This document shows, piece after piece, positions 38,355 to 48,745 of a stretch of 64,000 bases of DNA. The notes under the pieces were generated by a model that saw only the letters and a program-made list of their open reading frames with translations, did not search any database and was not told where the DNA came from. Made by a program: the position numbers and the translations under genes. Source of the stretch: Parachlamydiales bacterium (lineage in GTDB: Bacteria; Chlamydiota; Chlamydiia; Chlamydiales; SM23-39); the NCBI GenBank assembly GCA_050302075.1, contig JBNLAH010000003.1:32001-96000 (forward strand), in the 5' to 3' direction. Numbering within the stretch: position 1 is the stretch's first letter; each line of letters opens with the position of its first letter.

Positions 38355-38846
38355 ATGGAATTGATTATTTTGGGAGTTGATCCAGGAACTGTAATAACTG
38401 GATATGGTATCATCAAAAAAAATGAAAACAATTTGACTGCACTTGACTATGGATGCATCAGACCCCCTGTAAAAAAGGAACTTAGGGATAGGTATTGGAT
38501 TATCTTTCAATCCTTGGAACATTTAATAAAAAAATACAAACCAGATGCAATCTGCGTAGAAACACAATTTGTTAAAAAAAATGTACAAGTTGCAATGAAA
38601 CTTGGTATGGCTAGAGCTATTGTTTTGCTCCTCAGCGCAAAATATGGTATTCCTCTTTTTGAATATGCGCCAAAAAAAGCAAAGCTTGCAGTAGTCGGAA
38701 AGGGATCTGCCAGTAAGTCCCAAGTACAACATATGGCCAAAGTTGTATTAAGCTTGGATAAGATCCCAGAGCCCGAAGATGCTGCCGATGCCCTTTCAAT
38801 TGCAATATGTCACGCAAATAGAGAAAACTTATGTATGAATACTTAA
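38355..38846 (+). CDS. ruvC: Holliday junction resolvase RuvC
   Basis: ILGVDPG..ITGYGII, VETQF, KLAVVGKGSASKSQV, DAADAL. Confidence 0.96.
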   Translation: MELIILGVDPGTVITGYGIIKKNENNLTALDYGCIRPPVKKELRDRYWIIFQSLEHLIKKYKPDAICVETQFVKKNVQVAMKLGMARAIVLLLSAKYGIPLFEYAPKKAKLAVVGKGSASKSQVQHMAKVVLSLDKIPEPEDAADALSIAICHANRENLCMNT

Positions 38847-39406
38847 GAGGAACTTTAGTAGAGAAAAATCCCAATTATGTGATTTTAGATGTAGCAAATG
38901 TCGGCTATCGTTTATTAATCCCACATGGTCTTTACTCTAAGTTATGTCCAATTAATGAAGAGACTGTGTTATATACAACATTCATAGTAAAAGAAGACTG
39001 CCATACTTTATATGGATTTGTTTCAAAAGAAGAGAAAAATCTATTTGATGTTCTAATAACAGTCAGCGGCGTTGGCCCAAAACTTGCACTCACAATTGTA
39101 GGTTATTTAGACCAATCAGAGTTTCAGACAGCCATACAAACAAATAACTCATTAGTTTTATCTAAAATCCCAGGCATTGGAAAGAAAACGGCTGAAAGAT
39201 TAATTTTAGAGATGAAAGATAAAATTAAAAATTTACTCCCTGTAGAATTTAAAGATGGCAGTCTTAATATTGATTGCATAAATGCTTTGACGAATTTAGG
39301 CTATAGCCCTTTAAAGGCTCAAAAAGCTGTAAAACAAATCTTAGCAGAAGAGTCTCACACTGAGATAGGCATTATTATTACTAAGGCACTTAAAATTTTA
39401 AATTAA
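38831..39406 (+). CDS. ruvA: Holliday junction branch migration protein RuvA
   Basis: MYEYLRG, LYGF, VSGVGPKLA, IPGIGKKTAERLILEMKDK, ALTNLGY. Confidence 0.96.
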   Translation: MYEYLRGTLVEKNPNYVILDVANVGYRLLIPHGLYSKLCPINEETVLYTTFIVKEDCHTLYGFVSKEEKNLFDVLITVSGVGPKLALTIVGYLDQSEFQTAIQTNNSLVLSKIPGIGKKTAERLILEMKDKIKNLLPVEFKDGSLNIDCINALTNLGYSPLKAQKAVKQILAEESHTEIGIIITKALKILN

Positions 39407-39472
39407 TTAATCTAGAATTAATAATCTGTCATATTTTATAATATCTATTCTAAATTATCTTATTTAAAATAA

Positions 39473-40840
39473 ATGAATTTTGTTCATAAAAACACCTTGA
39501 CTGATGATACAATTGCTGCCATTGCCACTCCTATTGGAGATGGAGCAATAGCTATCATAAGGATATCCGGCAAAAATGCCTTTAAAATTGCCAATTCAAT
39601 CTTTTCAAGAGATGTGTATTCGTTGAAGTCACATTTTGCTGCATATGGTAAAATCATAAACAAGCAAAGAGACACCGTTGACCATGTTATTTTAATACCG
39701 ATGAAAGGTCCAAAATCTTATACAGGAGAAGACAGCGTTGAAATACACTGCCACGGTGGAAGATTTATAACAAAATCAGTTTTGGATGTTGTTTTAAGTG
39801 AAGGAGCCAGAGCTGCTGAGCCTGGAGAGTTTTCTTTAAGGGCATTTAAGAATGGCAAAATGGACTTATCACAAGCAGAAGCTGTCCAATCAATAATTGC
39901 AGCAAAAAGTAAGCAGTCCTATTTGGCTGCAAAAAACCAATTAGAAGGCGCTCTTTCAAAAAAGATAAAGCATTTTCAAGAAACCCTAATTGACATTGCA
40001 GCTATACTGGAAGCCTGGGTTGACTTTCCTGAGGAAGATTTGGAATTTGAGGCCTTTGAATCAGTTATTTCTCGCATTGAAGCTATCCTTTTGCAAATGA
40101 AAGAACTGGCAGAAACGTTTCATAATGGAAGAAAAATCCATGAGGGGCTAAGCATTTGTTTAATTGGAGCTCCAAATGTCGGAAAGTCCTCGCTTATGAA
40201 CCTTCTTTTAAGAAAAGAAAGGGCTATCGTTTCTGAAATAGCCGGAACTACAAGAGATACCATTGAAGAAGATTGTTTTATTGATGATTTCCAGTTTAAG
40301 CTAATTGATACAGCTGGAATTAGAGACACTCATGAAATAATTGAAAAAGAAGGCATTAAAAGATCGATTGAAGCTAGTGAAAAAGCTGACGTTATTTTCT
40401 ATTTATTAGATGCTTCAAAAAATACATCCAATGAAGAGATCGAAACAATTCAATCATTGGATAAAGATAAAACAATTGTCATCCAAAATAAATGCGATTT
40501 AAAAAATCCAAGCAAGCTAGACTTCCCAACTGTTGTTAATATATCTGTTTTAAAAGAGTCAAAAATCAGCGAATTGACAAAAGCCTTAAAAGAGAAAGTA
40601 AAAAACAAAGATCTTGACAATACCGACGTAATTCTAACACAATACCGCCACAAAAGTGCCCTTGAAAACTCCATTAAACTTTTAGAGAATGTTATTAATG
40701 GGCTGAAAAGTAAAGCTTCAGCTGAATTTGTATCTTTTGATATGCGCTCAGCGCTAAAAGAGCTTGGATCTATTATTGGAATGGATGTCACTGAAGATAT
40801 TTTATCCGCAATTTTCTCAAAATTTTGCCTAGGAAAATGA
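39473..40840 (+). CDS. mnmE: tRNA modification GTPase MnmE (TrmE)
   Basis: DTIAAIATP, GAPNVGKSSL, GTTRD, DTAGIR, NKCD and C-terminal FSKFCLGK. Confidence 0.97.
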   Translation: MNFVHKNTLTDDTIAAIATPIGDGAIAIIRISGKNAFKIANSIFSRDVYSLKSHFAAYGKIINKQRDTVDHVILIPMKGPKSYTGEDSVEIHCHGGRFITKSVLDVVLSEGARAAEPGEFSLRAFKNGKMDLSQAEAVQSIIAAKSKQSYLAAKNQLEGALSKKIKHFQETLIDIAAILEAWVDFPEEDLEFEAFESVISRIEAILLQMKELAETFHNGRKIHEGLSICLIGAPNVGKSSLMNLLLRKERAIVSEIAGTTRDTIEEDCFIDDFQFKLIDTAGIRDTHEIIEKEGIKRSIEASEKADVIFYLLDASKNTSNEEIETIQSLDKDKTIVIQNKCDLKNPSKLDFPTVVNISVLKESKISELTKALKEKVKNKDLDNTDVILTQYRHKSALENSIKLLENVINGLKSKASAEFVSFDMRSALKELGSIIGMDVTEDILSAIFSKFCLGK

Positions 40841-41454
40841 CAAAAAAAGAAAAGGCTGAACTAGTTCTTAAACTACTAGACAAGTATGTCCCTGATCCAA
40901 AAATCCCTTTAAAACATACAAGTCCGTTTACTTTATTAGTTGCAACCCTTTTATCCGCCCAGTGCACCGATGAAAGAGTGAATATAGTTACTGAAAAGCT
41001 ATTCAAAATAGCAAATACTCCACAGAAAATGAGTCAGCTAGAACAAAGTGAATTGAAAAGCGTTATTCAGTCATGTGGCCTTAGTAACACTAAATCAAAA
41101 GCCCTAATTAACCTATCAAAACAAATGCTAGAGCAATTTGATGGAAAAGTTCCCAGAACCTTTGAAGAACTTGAATCACTTCCGGGAGTTGGCCATAAAA
41201 CAGCTTCGGTTGTTATGGCCCAAGCCTTCAATATCCCAGCATTTCCAGTAGACACCCACATCCATAGAGTTGCCAAAAGATGGGGTCTATCTAACGGAAA
41301 AAACGTTAAGCAAACTGAGGAAGACTTAAAAAAGCTCATTCCGAAAAACCGATGGATTAAAGCTCATTTGCAAATTATTTTATATGCGAGAAAATACTGT
41401 AGAGCAAAGGGACATCAAAAATCAGAGTGCCCTATTTGTTCCGGCCTTTCCTAA
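40837..41454 (+). CDS. nth: Endonuclease III
   Basis: LLSAQCTD, HhH LPGVGHKTA, VDTHIHRV and a partial C-terminal Cys cluster; ATGA overlap with the mnmE stop. Confidence 0.93.
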   Translation: MTKKEKAELVLKLLDKYVPDPKIPLKHTSPFTLLVATLLSAQCTDERVNIVTEKLFKIANTPQKMSQLEQSELKSVIQSCGLSNTKSKALINLSKQMLEQFDGKVPRTFEELESLPGVGHKTASVVMAQAFNIPAFPVDTHIHRVAKRWGLSNGKNVKQTEEDLKKLIPKNRWIKAHLQIILYARKYCRAKGHQKSECPICSGLS

Positions 41455-42339
41455 AGATTGCCCCATCTTTGCGTAGACTTCGATCTTTTTGTAACTAGAA
41501 TCAAGTAAGTCCTGGTCGATTTTAATTTTTCCAGATTCGAATAGCATAACTATACAAGAGCCTCCAAATGAAAAATAACCCTTCTCTTTTCCTTTTTCTT
41601 GATGCGAGTTTAAGATAAACGTCTGATGGATCGACCCAACATTAACAGCCCCAATTTCTACAAATAATACTTCTCCAAACTTCTCGCTTTTAAGTTTTGT
41701 GACAACCCTTTTGTTCTCACTTAAATACTTTATATTTTTCCACAAAGCTATTGGATTTACAGAATGAAGTTTTCCATTAATAAGTTTTGGTACATCAGAA
41801 ACGCAATCAAAAGGAAAGTGAAAACGGTGATAATCAATAGGACAGAGCCTTGCAATTACGACAGCTCCCTTTGAATACTTTTCAGCAAGTAAATCATCTT
41901 TCAAAAACTCAGCTAATGTAAAATCTTCGCCTTTTACAAAAATTTTCTTTACACCTTCAAAGTTTTGATAAGCTAAATACCTTCCATCAGCCGGCAAAAT
42001 AGCTACATTTTTGTCTAAATCAATGGGCCTTGCACTTGGAACTAGTTTACGAGTAAAAAAATCGTTAAAAGATGTAAAATCTTTTTTTAGAAATTCCTTT
42101 TCATTTAAATTAAACATTTGAATGAACGGCTTTACCTTCCTCTTTGTAAAGCTTTTTTTTTGAATCCATCCATAAATTCTTGAAAATAAGTGAAACCGGC
42201 AAACAATCGCCAAAATTGGCTTAGAAATAAGTTTTACATACCACTTGTCACTATATAAAAATAAAAGCGCCTTTTCTCCATATATGGCTTCTTTTTTTTT
42301 CTTTTTACTCTCTCGTTCTATGTAAAATATTTCCTTCAT
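41422..42339 (-). CDS. psd: Phosphatidylserine decarboxylase proenzyme
   Basis: SFNDFFTRKL, PADGR, RLCPIDYHRFHFP, HSVNP and the FGGS autocleavage motif. Confidence 0.93.
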   Translation of the reverse strand: MKEIFYIERESKKKKKEAIYGEKALLFLYSDKWYVKLISKPILAIVCRFHLFSRIYGWIQKKSFTKRKVKPFIQMFNLNEKEFLKKDFTSFNDFFTRKLVPSARPIDLDKNVAILPADGRYLAYQNFEGVKKIFVKGEDFTLAEFLKDDLLAEKYSKGAVVIARLCPIDYHRFHFPFDCVSDVPKLINGKLHSVNPIALWKNIKYLSENKRVVTKLKSEKFGEVLFVEIGAVNVGSIHQTFILNSHQEKGKEKGYFSFGGSCIVMLFESGKIKIDQDLLDSSYKKIEVYAKMGQSLGKAGTNRAL

Positions 42340-42477
42340 ATTTCCTTTTTAAGTTATTCGAATATGGTAAGTATATCATAATCAACAGAAAAAGAACTTA
42401 TTTTAATTTTTTTTGAAATTTGAAAATAATCTAAATTTTTATATAATAATTTTTAAAATCTAATCTATATATAATCT

Positions 42478-45468
42478 ATGTTTGGTCTTGTAAAAAAAAT
42501 ATTTGGCACTGCCCAAAGCCGGAAAATAAAAAAGTATTCTCAGCTTGTTAAAAAAGTAAATGAGTGGGAAGAAAAATATCAGGCTTTGAGCGACTCTCAA
42601 TTAGTTGAAACTGTAAATAATCTGAAGCAAAGATACAAATCTGGAGAAACTCTAGAGCAGCTCTTACCAGAAGCATATGCTCTTGTCAAAAATGCATGCC
42701 GAAAACTTTGTGGGACTCAAATTAATGTATCAGGTTATGAACAAAAGTGGGATATGATCCCGTATGATGTTCAGATCATAGGCGCAATAGCTATGTTCTA
42801 TGGATCTATCTCTGAAATGCAGACTGGAGAAGGAAAGACTTTAACTGCTTCAATGCCACTTTTCATCCATGCTATATCAGGAAAGGCTGTTCATCTTGTC
42901 ACAGTTAATGACTACCTTGCAAAAAGAGATAGTGAATGGATTGGAACGATTTTTAAAAAATTAGGGCTAAGCGTTGCTGCCTTAACAAATGATGTACCTC
43001 CTTCGGTGAGGAAAAAATTATATGAAAGCGACATTGTGTATGGCACTGCCTCCGAGTTTGGATTTGACTATTTACGCGACAACTCTATGGCAATGCACAA
43101 AGATGAACAAGTTCAAAGAGGACACTTCTTTGCAGTAGTCGATGAGATCGACTCTATCTTAATTGACGAAGCTAGGACACCTCTTATCATTTCAGGCCCA
43201 GCAACTAACAGCAGACAGATGTATAATGAACTGAAAGAAGGTGTATCTCAGGTCGTAAAATCACAAAAAGACCTCTGTCATAGGCTGGCATTAGAAGCTA
43301 AAAAGGAACTTGAACAGTCAGGAGCCTTTAACGAAACGCCAGGGAAAATCAACAAAAGTAAAGCAAAAGAGGCCTATCACAAATTATGGCTTGTCAGCAA
43401 AGGCACGCCACGAAATAAGGTTTTAAAAAGAATTAAAGAAAACCCCGACATGCGAGCTGAAATCGAAAATTGGGAAACATTCTATCATTCTCAGCAAAAC
43501 AAAGAAGAAAAGTTAAAAGCTTTGGCCGAGTTGTTTATCATAGTTGATGAAAAAGCCAATGAGTATGAGCTTACAGACAAAGGGATTGATCTTTGGTGTT
43601 CATCACATGCAAACAGTGAAGGAAAGAATGACTTTGTCATGTTGGACTTAGGTTATGAATATGCAAAAATCGATGAAGACAAAAGCCTTTCAGAACAAGC
43701 AAAAATTCAAAGAAAATTAGAAATCAGAGAAGAAGATGCTAAAAGAAAAGAAAGGTCCCATAATTTAAGACAGCTGTTCAGGGCACACCTTCTGATGGAA
43801 AAAGATGTCGATTATATCGTACAAGATCAGAAGATTATCATTATTGATGAAAACACTGGCCGACCTCAACCAGGAAGGCGCTTTTCAGATGGCTTGCACC
43901 AATCAATCGAAGCAAAAGAGTCTGTTGAAATTCAGGGAGAGACCCAAACTTACGCTACTATCACCTTACAAAACTACTTCAGGATGTACGAAAAACTATC
44001 TGGGATGACTGGGACTGCTATGACAGAGGCCAATGAGTTTAAAGAACTTTACAAGTTAGAAGTATTAGAGATTCCGACATACCTTCCATCTAACAGAAAA
44101 GATCGAAACGATGAAATCTACATGACCGAGCGCGAGAAATACAATGCGATATTAAAAGAAATAACAGAGATTCATAAAATTGGAAGACCTATATTGATCG
44201 GTACTGAATCAGTAGAAGCGTCAGAGAAACTGTCTCGCATCTTACGTCAAAACAAACTTCAGCATACAGTATTAAATGCAAAGAACCATGCCTTAGAAGC
44301 TGAAATTATTGCAGATGCCGGCAAAAAAAATGCCATCACCCTGGCTACGAATATGGCTGGAAGAGGAACAGATATCAAACTCCAAGAAGGTGTAAAAGAA
44401 CTTGGTGGGCTTCATGTTATTGGAACAACAAGGCACCAGTCTAGAAGAATCGATAGACAGTTAAGAGGTAGATCAGGAAGACTAGGAGACCCAGGTTCAT
44501 CAAAGTTTTTTATTTCTTTTGAAGACTCTTTAATGAGGCTTTTTGCATCACCTAGAATGACTGCACTATTACAGAGATTTAGACCACCTGAAGGTGAAGC
44601 AATTTCGGCTAAAGTATTGAACAAATCAATTGAGACTGCTCAAAAAAGAGTTGAACAAAGAAATTATACAATCAGAAAGCATACACTAGAATACGATGAT
44701 GTGATGAACATGCACAGACAGGAAGTCTATGCTTTCAGAAATGAAATATTAGAAAGTGAAAAGCCTCTTCAAATAGCTGAAGAGTTTATAGAGTCTGTAT
44801 GCCACGATGCCAGTGATGAGTTCCTTTCTCAAAAAGACTTTGATGGTTACATCGATTTCTTAATGAGACAATTTCCAGTTACTATACCTATCCAAAGCTC
44901 TGAAGATTCTCAAAAACTTATTGACGATGCTTTTAATAAAATAAAAGCTGCTCTTTACCAAAAATTAGAGCATCAAAAATCTGCCATCCAATCATTAAAT
45001 AACGAAAATAGTCCAAGTAAAGCTGAAGGTATTTTAAACGAAGTTATCAAAAACTTGATGCTCAGAAAAATTGATTTCCTATGGCAAGAGCACCTTTTAT
45101 CAATTGACCATTTAAGAGATGATGTAAACCTTAGAGCTATTGGTCAAAAAGATCCTCTTCTAGAGTTCAAGCATGAAGCTTTTGTTCTTTTTGATCAGTT
45201 TTCAAAAAGAATCAAAAAAGAAATTTCAAAAGACCTTTTCCGCTTTGAAATGGTCCCACCCGCTGGAATATCTGTTGAAGAATCTTTAAAAAAGGTCCAA
45301 CTTCACACAAAAAAAACATTTGCACCTGAAGTTGAAAAACCTCAAGAGTCTCAGGTAGAACAAAAAGCAGTACCTACCGTATCAGAGGCTAAGGTAGGCA
45401 GAAATGATGATTGTCCTTGTGGTAGCGGGAAAAAATATAAAAAGTGTTGCGGAGTGCACGTTTCTTAG
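42478..45468 (+). CDS. secA: Protein translocase subunit SecA
   Basis: MQTGEGKT, VTVNDYLA, DEIDSILIDEARTPLIISG, TNMAGRGTDI, SEC-C motif CPCGSGKKYKKCC. Confidence 0.98.
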   Translation: MFGLVKKIFGTAQSRKIKKYSQLVKKVNEWEEKYQALSDSQLVETVNNLKQRYKSGETLEQLLPEAYALVKNACRKLCGTQINVSGYEQKWDMIPYDVQIIGAIAMFYGSISEMQTGEGKTLTASMPLFIHAISGKAVHLVTVNDYLAKRDSEWIGTIFKKLGLSVAALTNDVPPSVRKKLYESDIVYGTASEFGFDYLRDNSMAMHKDEQVQRGHFFAVVDEIDSILIDEARTPLIISGPATNSRQMYNELKEGVSQVVKSQKDLCHRLALEAKKELEQSGAFNETPGKINKSKAKEAYHKLWLVSKGTPRNKVLKRIKENPDMRAEIENWETFYHSQQNKEEKLKALAELFIIVDEKANEYELTDKGIDLWCSSHANSEGKNDFVMLDLGYEYAKIDEDKSLSEQAKIQRKLEIREEDAKRKERSHNLRQLFRAHLLMEKDVDYIVQDQKIIIIDENTGRPQPGRRFSDGLHQSIEAKESVEIQGETQTYATITLQNYFRMYEKLSGMTGTAMTEANEFKELYKLEVLEIPTYLPSNRKDRNDEIYMTEREKYNAILKEITEIHKIGRPILIGTESVEASEKLSRILRQNKLQHTVLNAKNHALEAEIIADAGKKNAITLATNMAGRGTDIKLQEGVKELGGLHVIGTTRHQSRRIDRQLRGRSGRLGDPGSSKFFISFEDSLMRLFASPRMTALLQRFRPPEGEAISAKVLNKSIETAQKRVEQRNYTIRKHTLEYDDVMNMHRQEVYAFRNEILESEKPLQIAEEFIESVCHDASDEFLSQKDFDGYIDFLMRQFPVTIPIQSSEDSQKLIDDAFNKIKAALYQKLEHQKSAIQSLNNENSPSKAEGILNEVIKNLMLRKIDFLWQEHLLSIDHLRDDVNLRAIGQKDPLLEFKHEAFVLFDQFSKRIKKEISKDLFRFEMVPPAGISVEESLKKVQLHTKKTFAPEVEKPQESQVEQKAVPTVSEAKVGRNDDCPCGSGKKYKKCCGVHVS

Positions 45469-45520
45469 GCCTTGCCTTACCGGGATTAAATTGCTATAAA
45501 GCAAAAAAAAGGTATAGCAA

Positions 45521-46162
45521 TTGAGACTTCCCCCCAAAAAGATCACTTATCAAGATCGCATTGAAATGCGCCCCTTTTCGTTAGTAGATAGCGACCTTAT
45601 CTATCAAGCGGTTAGAGACAGCCAAAGCGCTTTAAAACAGTTCAAAGCTTGGGCCCACTTCAAAAAAGATAGAGAAACTGCCCTATTAATTTATTCAGCT
45701 TTATCATCTAAAACCTCAATTGGGCAAGAAGCTCATTTTTGTGGTTTTAACAAAGGAACTGACGACTTTTTATTTTGCATTGGACTCTTTCCCGATAATC
45801 GTTTGAATCAACACTCAATGGAACTTGGCTACTGGGTATCTTCTAAACATAGTGGTGAAGGACTTGGAACATTATCTGCACAAATTACCATTTATTTGGC
45901 TTTTTTTTATTATGGAGCAGATAGGCTAGCTATACGCTCAGACCCTGATAACAAAGGGTCGCTTGCAATAATCAATAAATGTGGCTTTAAAAAAGAAGGT
46001 GTAATGAGAAACTCGCTTGCAAAACCAACAAGCGAAATGCTAAATGATGGATATTCCACAAATAGAGACTCTCTTTATTTTAGTATTATATCTGATGATT
46101 TGAAGGATCTTGACTGGATCGATCAGATAGCAAATGAAATAGAGATTATTCCAATTATTTAA
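45521..46162 (+). CDS. GNAT N-acetyltransferase, RimJ/RimL family
   Basis: MELGYWV...GEGLGT, N..S....KCGFKKEG; TTG start. Confidence 0.8.
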   Translation: MRLPPKKITYQDRIEMRPFSLVDSDLIYQAVRDSQSALKQFKAWAHFKKDRETALLIYSALSSKTSIGQEAHFCGFNKGTDDFLFCIGLFPDNRLNQHSMELGYWVSSKHSGEGLGTLSAQITIYLAFFYYGADRLAIRSDPDNKGSLAIINKCGFKKEGVMRNSLAKPTSEMLNDGYSTNRDSLYFSIISDDLKDLDWIDQIANEIEIIPII

Positions 46163-46313
46163 TGCGGTAAAGCTCAATCTATAAGGTCAAATATATCTGC
46201 AAAAAACTTGTCCACAACAACCTATTTCAAGATGATTACCACTTCACATCATATTCATTTCCACTTGTTTTTAACTAAATCTCTATTTAACCTATAGCCC
46301 CTGAAACTAACTT

Positions 46314-46622
46314 ATGGAGTTTGATATGACAACAGCAATTGTCCCTTATGATACAAGAATTAAAGATAGTGCTGAACAATTTGCTCAGCGTATTTTTGAA
46401 AGCTGTAATAGTAATAAAGTAGGAAGTGCTGCAAGCAATTGCTTTGATTTACTAAGAATGCAAAACCAAATTCAAGACCTTCACCAAATTCATGACCTTC
46501 ATTTTCACTTTCCAGTTGAAAACGCTGAAGTTGAAGAAATAGTGCATGTGAGATCTATCTTACTTAAAGTTAACCCTTTTACTTCCACTACACCTCTGTC
46601 AAAGATTGAAGAATTAGATTAA
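46314..46622 (+). CDS. Hypothetical protein
   Basis: 102-aa ORF filling the intergenic space; GGAG precedes the second Met; short internal QIQDLH/QIHDLH duplication; hairpin downstream. Confidence 0.5.
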   Translation: MEFDMTTAIVPYDTRIKDSAEQFAQRIFESCNSNKVGSAASNCFDLLRMQNQIQDLHQIHDLHFHFPVENAEVEEIVHVRSILLKVNPFTSTTPLSKIEELD

Positions 46623-46678
46623 TATAGAATGCTGATCAAACATATTTTGATTTGGTTTAATACACCTTTTAAAATTAA

Positions 46679-46705
46679 GACTTTCTGCAAGAATGCAGAA
46701 AAGTC
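46679..46705. terminator. Hairpin between convergent genes
   Basis: GACTTTCTGCA-AGAA-TGCAGAAAAGTC imperfect inverted repeat. Confidence 0.55.
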
Positions 46706-46742
46706 AAACAAATCTCTAACTTATTAAACTTCTGTTAAAACC

Positions 46743-47189
46743 TTACTCTTCTAAATTTTTCCAACTCCATAAAAGTGCTGGCATAGAAATTAAAAGAAGA
46801 ATGATTAAGTGCTTATGGTTGATGCTGAGGGTAATTTCCCCTTCATTTGAAAAGAAAAACAAAATAAGCGAAAAACCTATCAAACTAAGCGACATTGTTA
46901 AAATCGCTGCCGCAACTGAATCTGAGTTTTTTTCTTGATCCTCTTCTATTTCTTCATAGTCTTCATTGCTTTCTACATTCTCTTCATCTTGCATTTGATA
47001 AGGAGGCGGATATAATGAAGCTATCGTTTGCTTATATGACAGTGCTTTATTATCAGCATCCTCTTCAGATTTATAATCCGAATCAAATTCTTCTAATAAG
47101 TCAGTGCCACAATAAGGACATACTATTACATCCAAATCAACTTGTGCATTACAGTTGTAACAAATTTTTTGACGATTTTGTGTTTTCAT
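46743..47189 (-). CDS. Zinc-ribbon membrane protein (conserved chlamydial-type hypothetical)
   Basis: CYNC...CPYC, acidic linker with LYPPPY, two C-terminal TM helices; divergent from lpdA. Confidence 0.75.
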   Translation of the reverse strand: MKTQNRQKICYNCNAQVDLDVIVCPYCGTDLLEEFDSDYKSEEDADNKALSYKQTIASLYPPPYQMQDEENVESNEDYEEIEEDQEKNSDSVAAAILTMSLSLIGFSLILFFFSNEGEITLSINHKHLIILLLISMPALLWSWKNLEE

Positions 47190-47332
47190 ACTAAACTATA
47201 CTCTTAACTTACATAGTAATATTTTACGACATTTTTCAAACGAAAAAATAATCAAAATAAAAGCAAGTGCATGATTTTTTCAAATTTACTAGAATATAAA
47301 AAGATAAAATTCAAAAAAGCGTGCAAAAAACA

Positions 47333-48745
47333 ATGGCAGAAAAAAAAGAATTTGATGTTGCAGTAATTGGGGCAGGACCTGGCGGATATGTTGCAGCGAT
47401 TAGAGCTGCTCAAAATGGAGCTAAAGTTGCTTTAATTGAAAAAAAAGATTTAGGTGGAGTGTGTTTAAATGTGGGATGTATCCCAACAAAAACTTTGCTT
47501 GCAACAAATGATATCTTACAAAAGATTAATGACGCAAAAGAGTTTGGAATTAATGTAGAAAACATTTCTTTCGACTTTGAAAAAATTAAAAACAGAAAAG
47601 ACAATGTTGTCACAAATATTCGAAACAGCTTAGAAGGATTGATTAAATCCAACGGAATCGAAATTATCAGAGGAAAAGCTGAATTCATCTCTTCTGAAGA
47701 ACTTAAAATAAGTGGTGAGAATACTTTTTTATTAAAAGCACAAAAATATATTATCGCAACAGGATCTGAGCCCTTAGATATTAAGACTTTCCCATGTGAT
47801 GGAAAAAGAATTCACAACTCATCTTCAATTTTAGAGCTAACATCACTACCAAAATCATTAGCAATAGTCGGCGGTGGTTATATCGGATGTGAGTTTGCAT
47901 CGTTATATGCCTCTTTAGGCGTTAAAGTCATTATCCTAGAAGCTCTGGAAAGTATTGTTTCAGCGCAAGGAAAAATGATTGCTGAAACACTTACAAAAGC
48001 ATTTCAAAAACAAGGAATCGAGATTCAAACAAATGTTTTTGTCCAAAGCATTGAATCAAAAAATAATGGCCTTACTATTCACCTAGCTGGCGGCAAAACG
48101 GTAGATGCAGAAATGGCATTGGTATCAGTTGGAAGAAAATTAAATTCTAATAACCTTGACTTAATGAAAGCTGGAATTGCTACTGACAACTCAGGGGCTA
48201 TCATCGTAAATGAAAAAATGGAGACCTCAACCCCTAATATCTACGCGATTGGAGATGTAACAGGTAAATGGCTTCTTGCACATGTAGCCTCACATCAAGG
48301 AATGGTAGCAGCAGACAATGCCACTGGACAAGACAAACAAATGCACTACTATGCTGTCCCTGCTGTAATTTTCACAACTCCTGAAATTGCCATGGTTGGG
48401 ATGACACTTGAGCAAGCTGCAGCTGAAGGATATTCACCTACAATTGGAAAATTTCCATTTCAAGCTTTAGGTAAAAGTCAGGCATCACACCAAACAGAAG
48501 GCTTTGCCCAAATTATCAGCGATAAGAAGACAAATCAAATTTTAGGAGCTCAAATTATAGGTCATGAAGCCTCTGCTCTTATCGGAGAAATGACTTTAGC
48601 TATACAAAATGAGCTTACATTAGACTGTGTAATTGATACAATTCATGCACATCCGACAGTAGCTGAAGTATGGCTGGAAGCGGCTCTTATGGCTAATGAG
48701 ACTCCTATTCATTTTCCACCAAAAAAGAAGAAAAAAAATGATTGA
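47333..48745 (+). CDS. lpdA: Dihydrolipoyl dehydrogenase
   Basis: GAGPGGYVAA, GGVCLNVGCIPTK, GGGYIGCE, HAHPT. Confidence 0.96.
   Translation: MAEKKEFDVAVIGAGPGGYVAAIRAAQNGAKVALIEKKDLGGVCLNVGCIPTKTLLATNDILQKINDAKEFGINVENISFDFEKIKNRKDNVVTNIRNSLEGLIKSNGIEIIRGKAEFISSEELKISGENTFLLKAQKYIIATGSEPLDIKTFPCDGKRIHNSSSILELTSLPKSLAIVGGGYIGCEFASLYASLGVKVIILEALESIVSAQGKMIAETLTKAFQKQGIEIQTNVFVQSIESKNNGLTIHLAGGKTVDAEMALVSVGRKLNSNNLDLMKAGIATDNSGAIIVNEKMETSTPNIYAIGDVTGKWLLAHVASHQGMVAADNATGQDKQMHYYAVPAVIFTTPEIAMVGMTLEQAAAEGYSPTIGKFPFQALGKSQASHQTEGFAQIISDKKTNQILGAQIIGHEASALIGEMTLAIQNELTLDCVIDTIHAHPTVAEVWLEAALMANETPIHFPPKKKKKND

Noticed and set aside
38355..39406. ruvC-ruvA without adjacent ruvB
   Set aside because: ruvB is commonly unlinked in chlamydiae; not unusual.
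46467..46503. 18-bp tandem duplication (QIQDLH/QIHDLH) in the 102-aa ORF
   Set aside because: Only two imperfect units; no evidence of a functional array.
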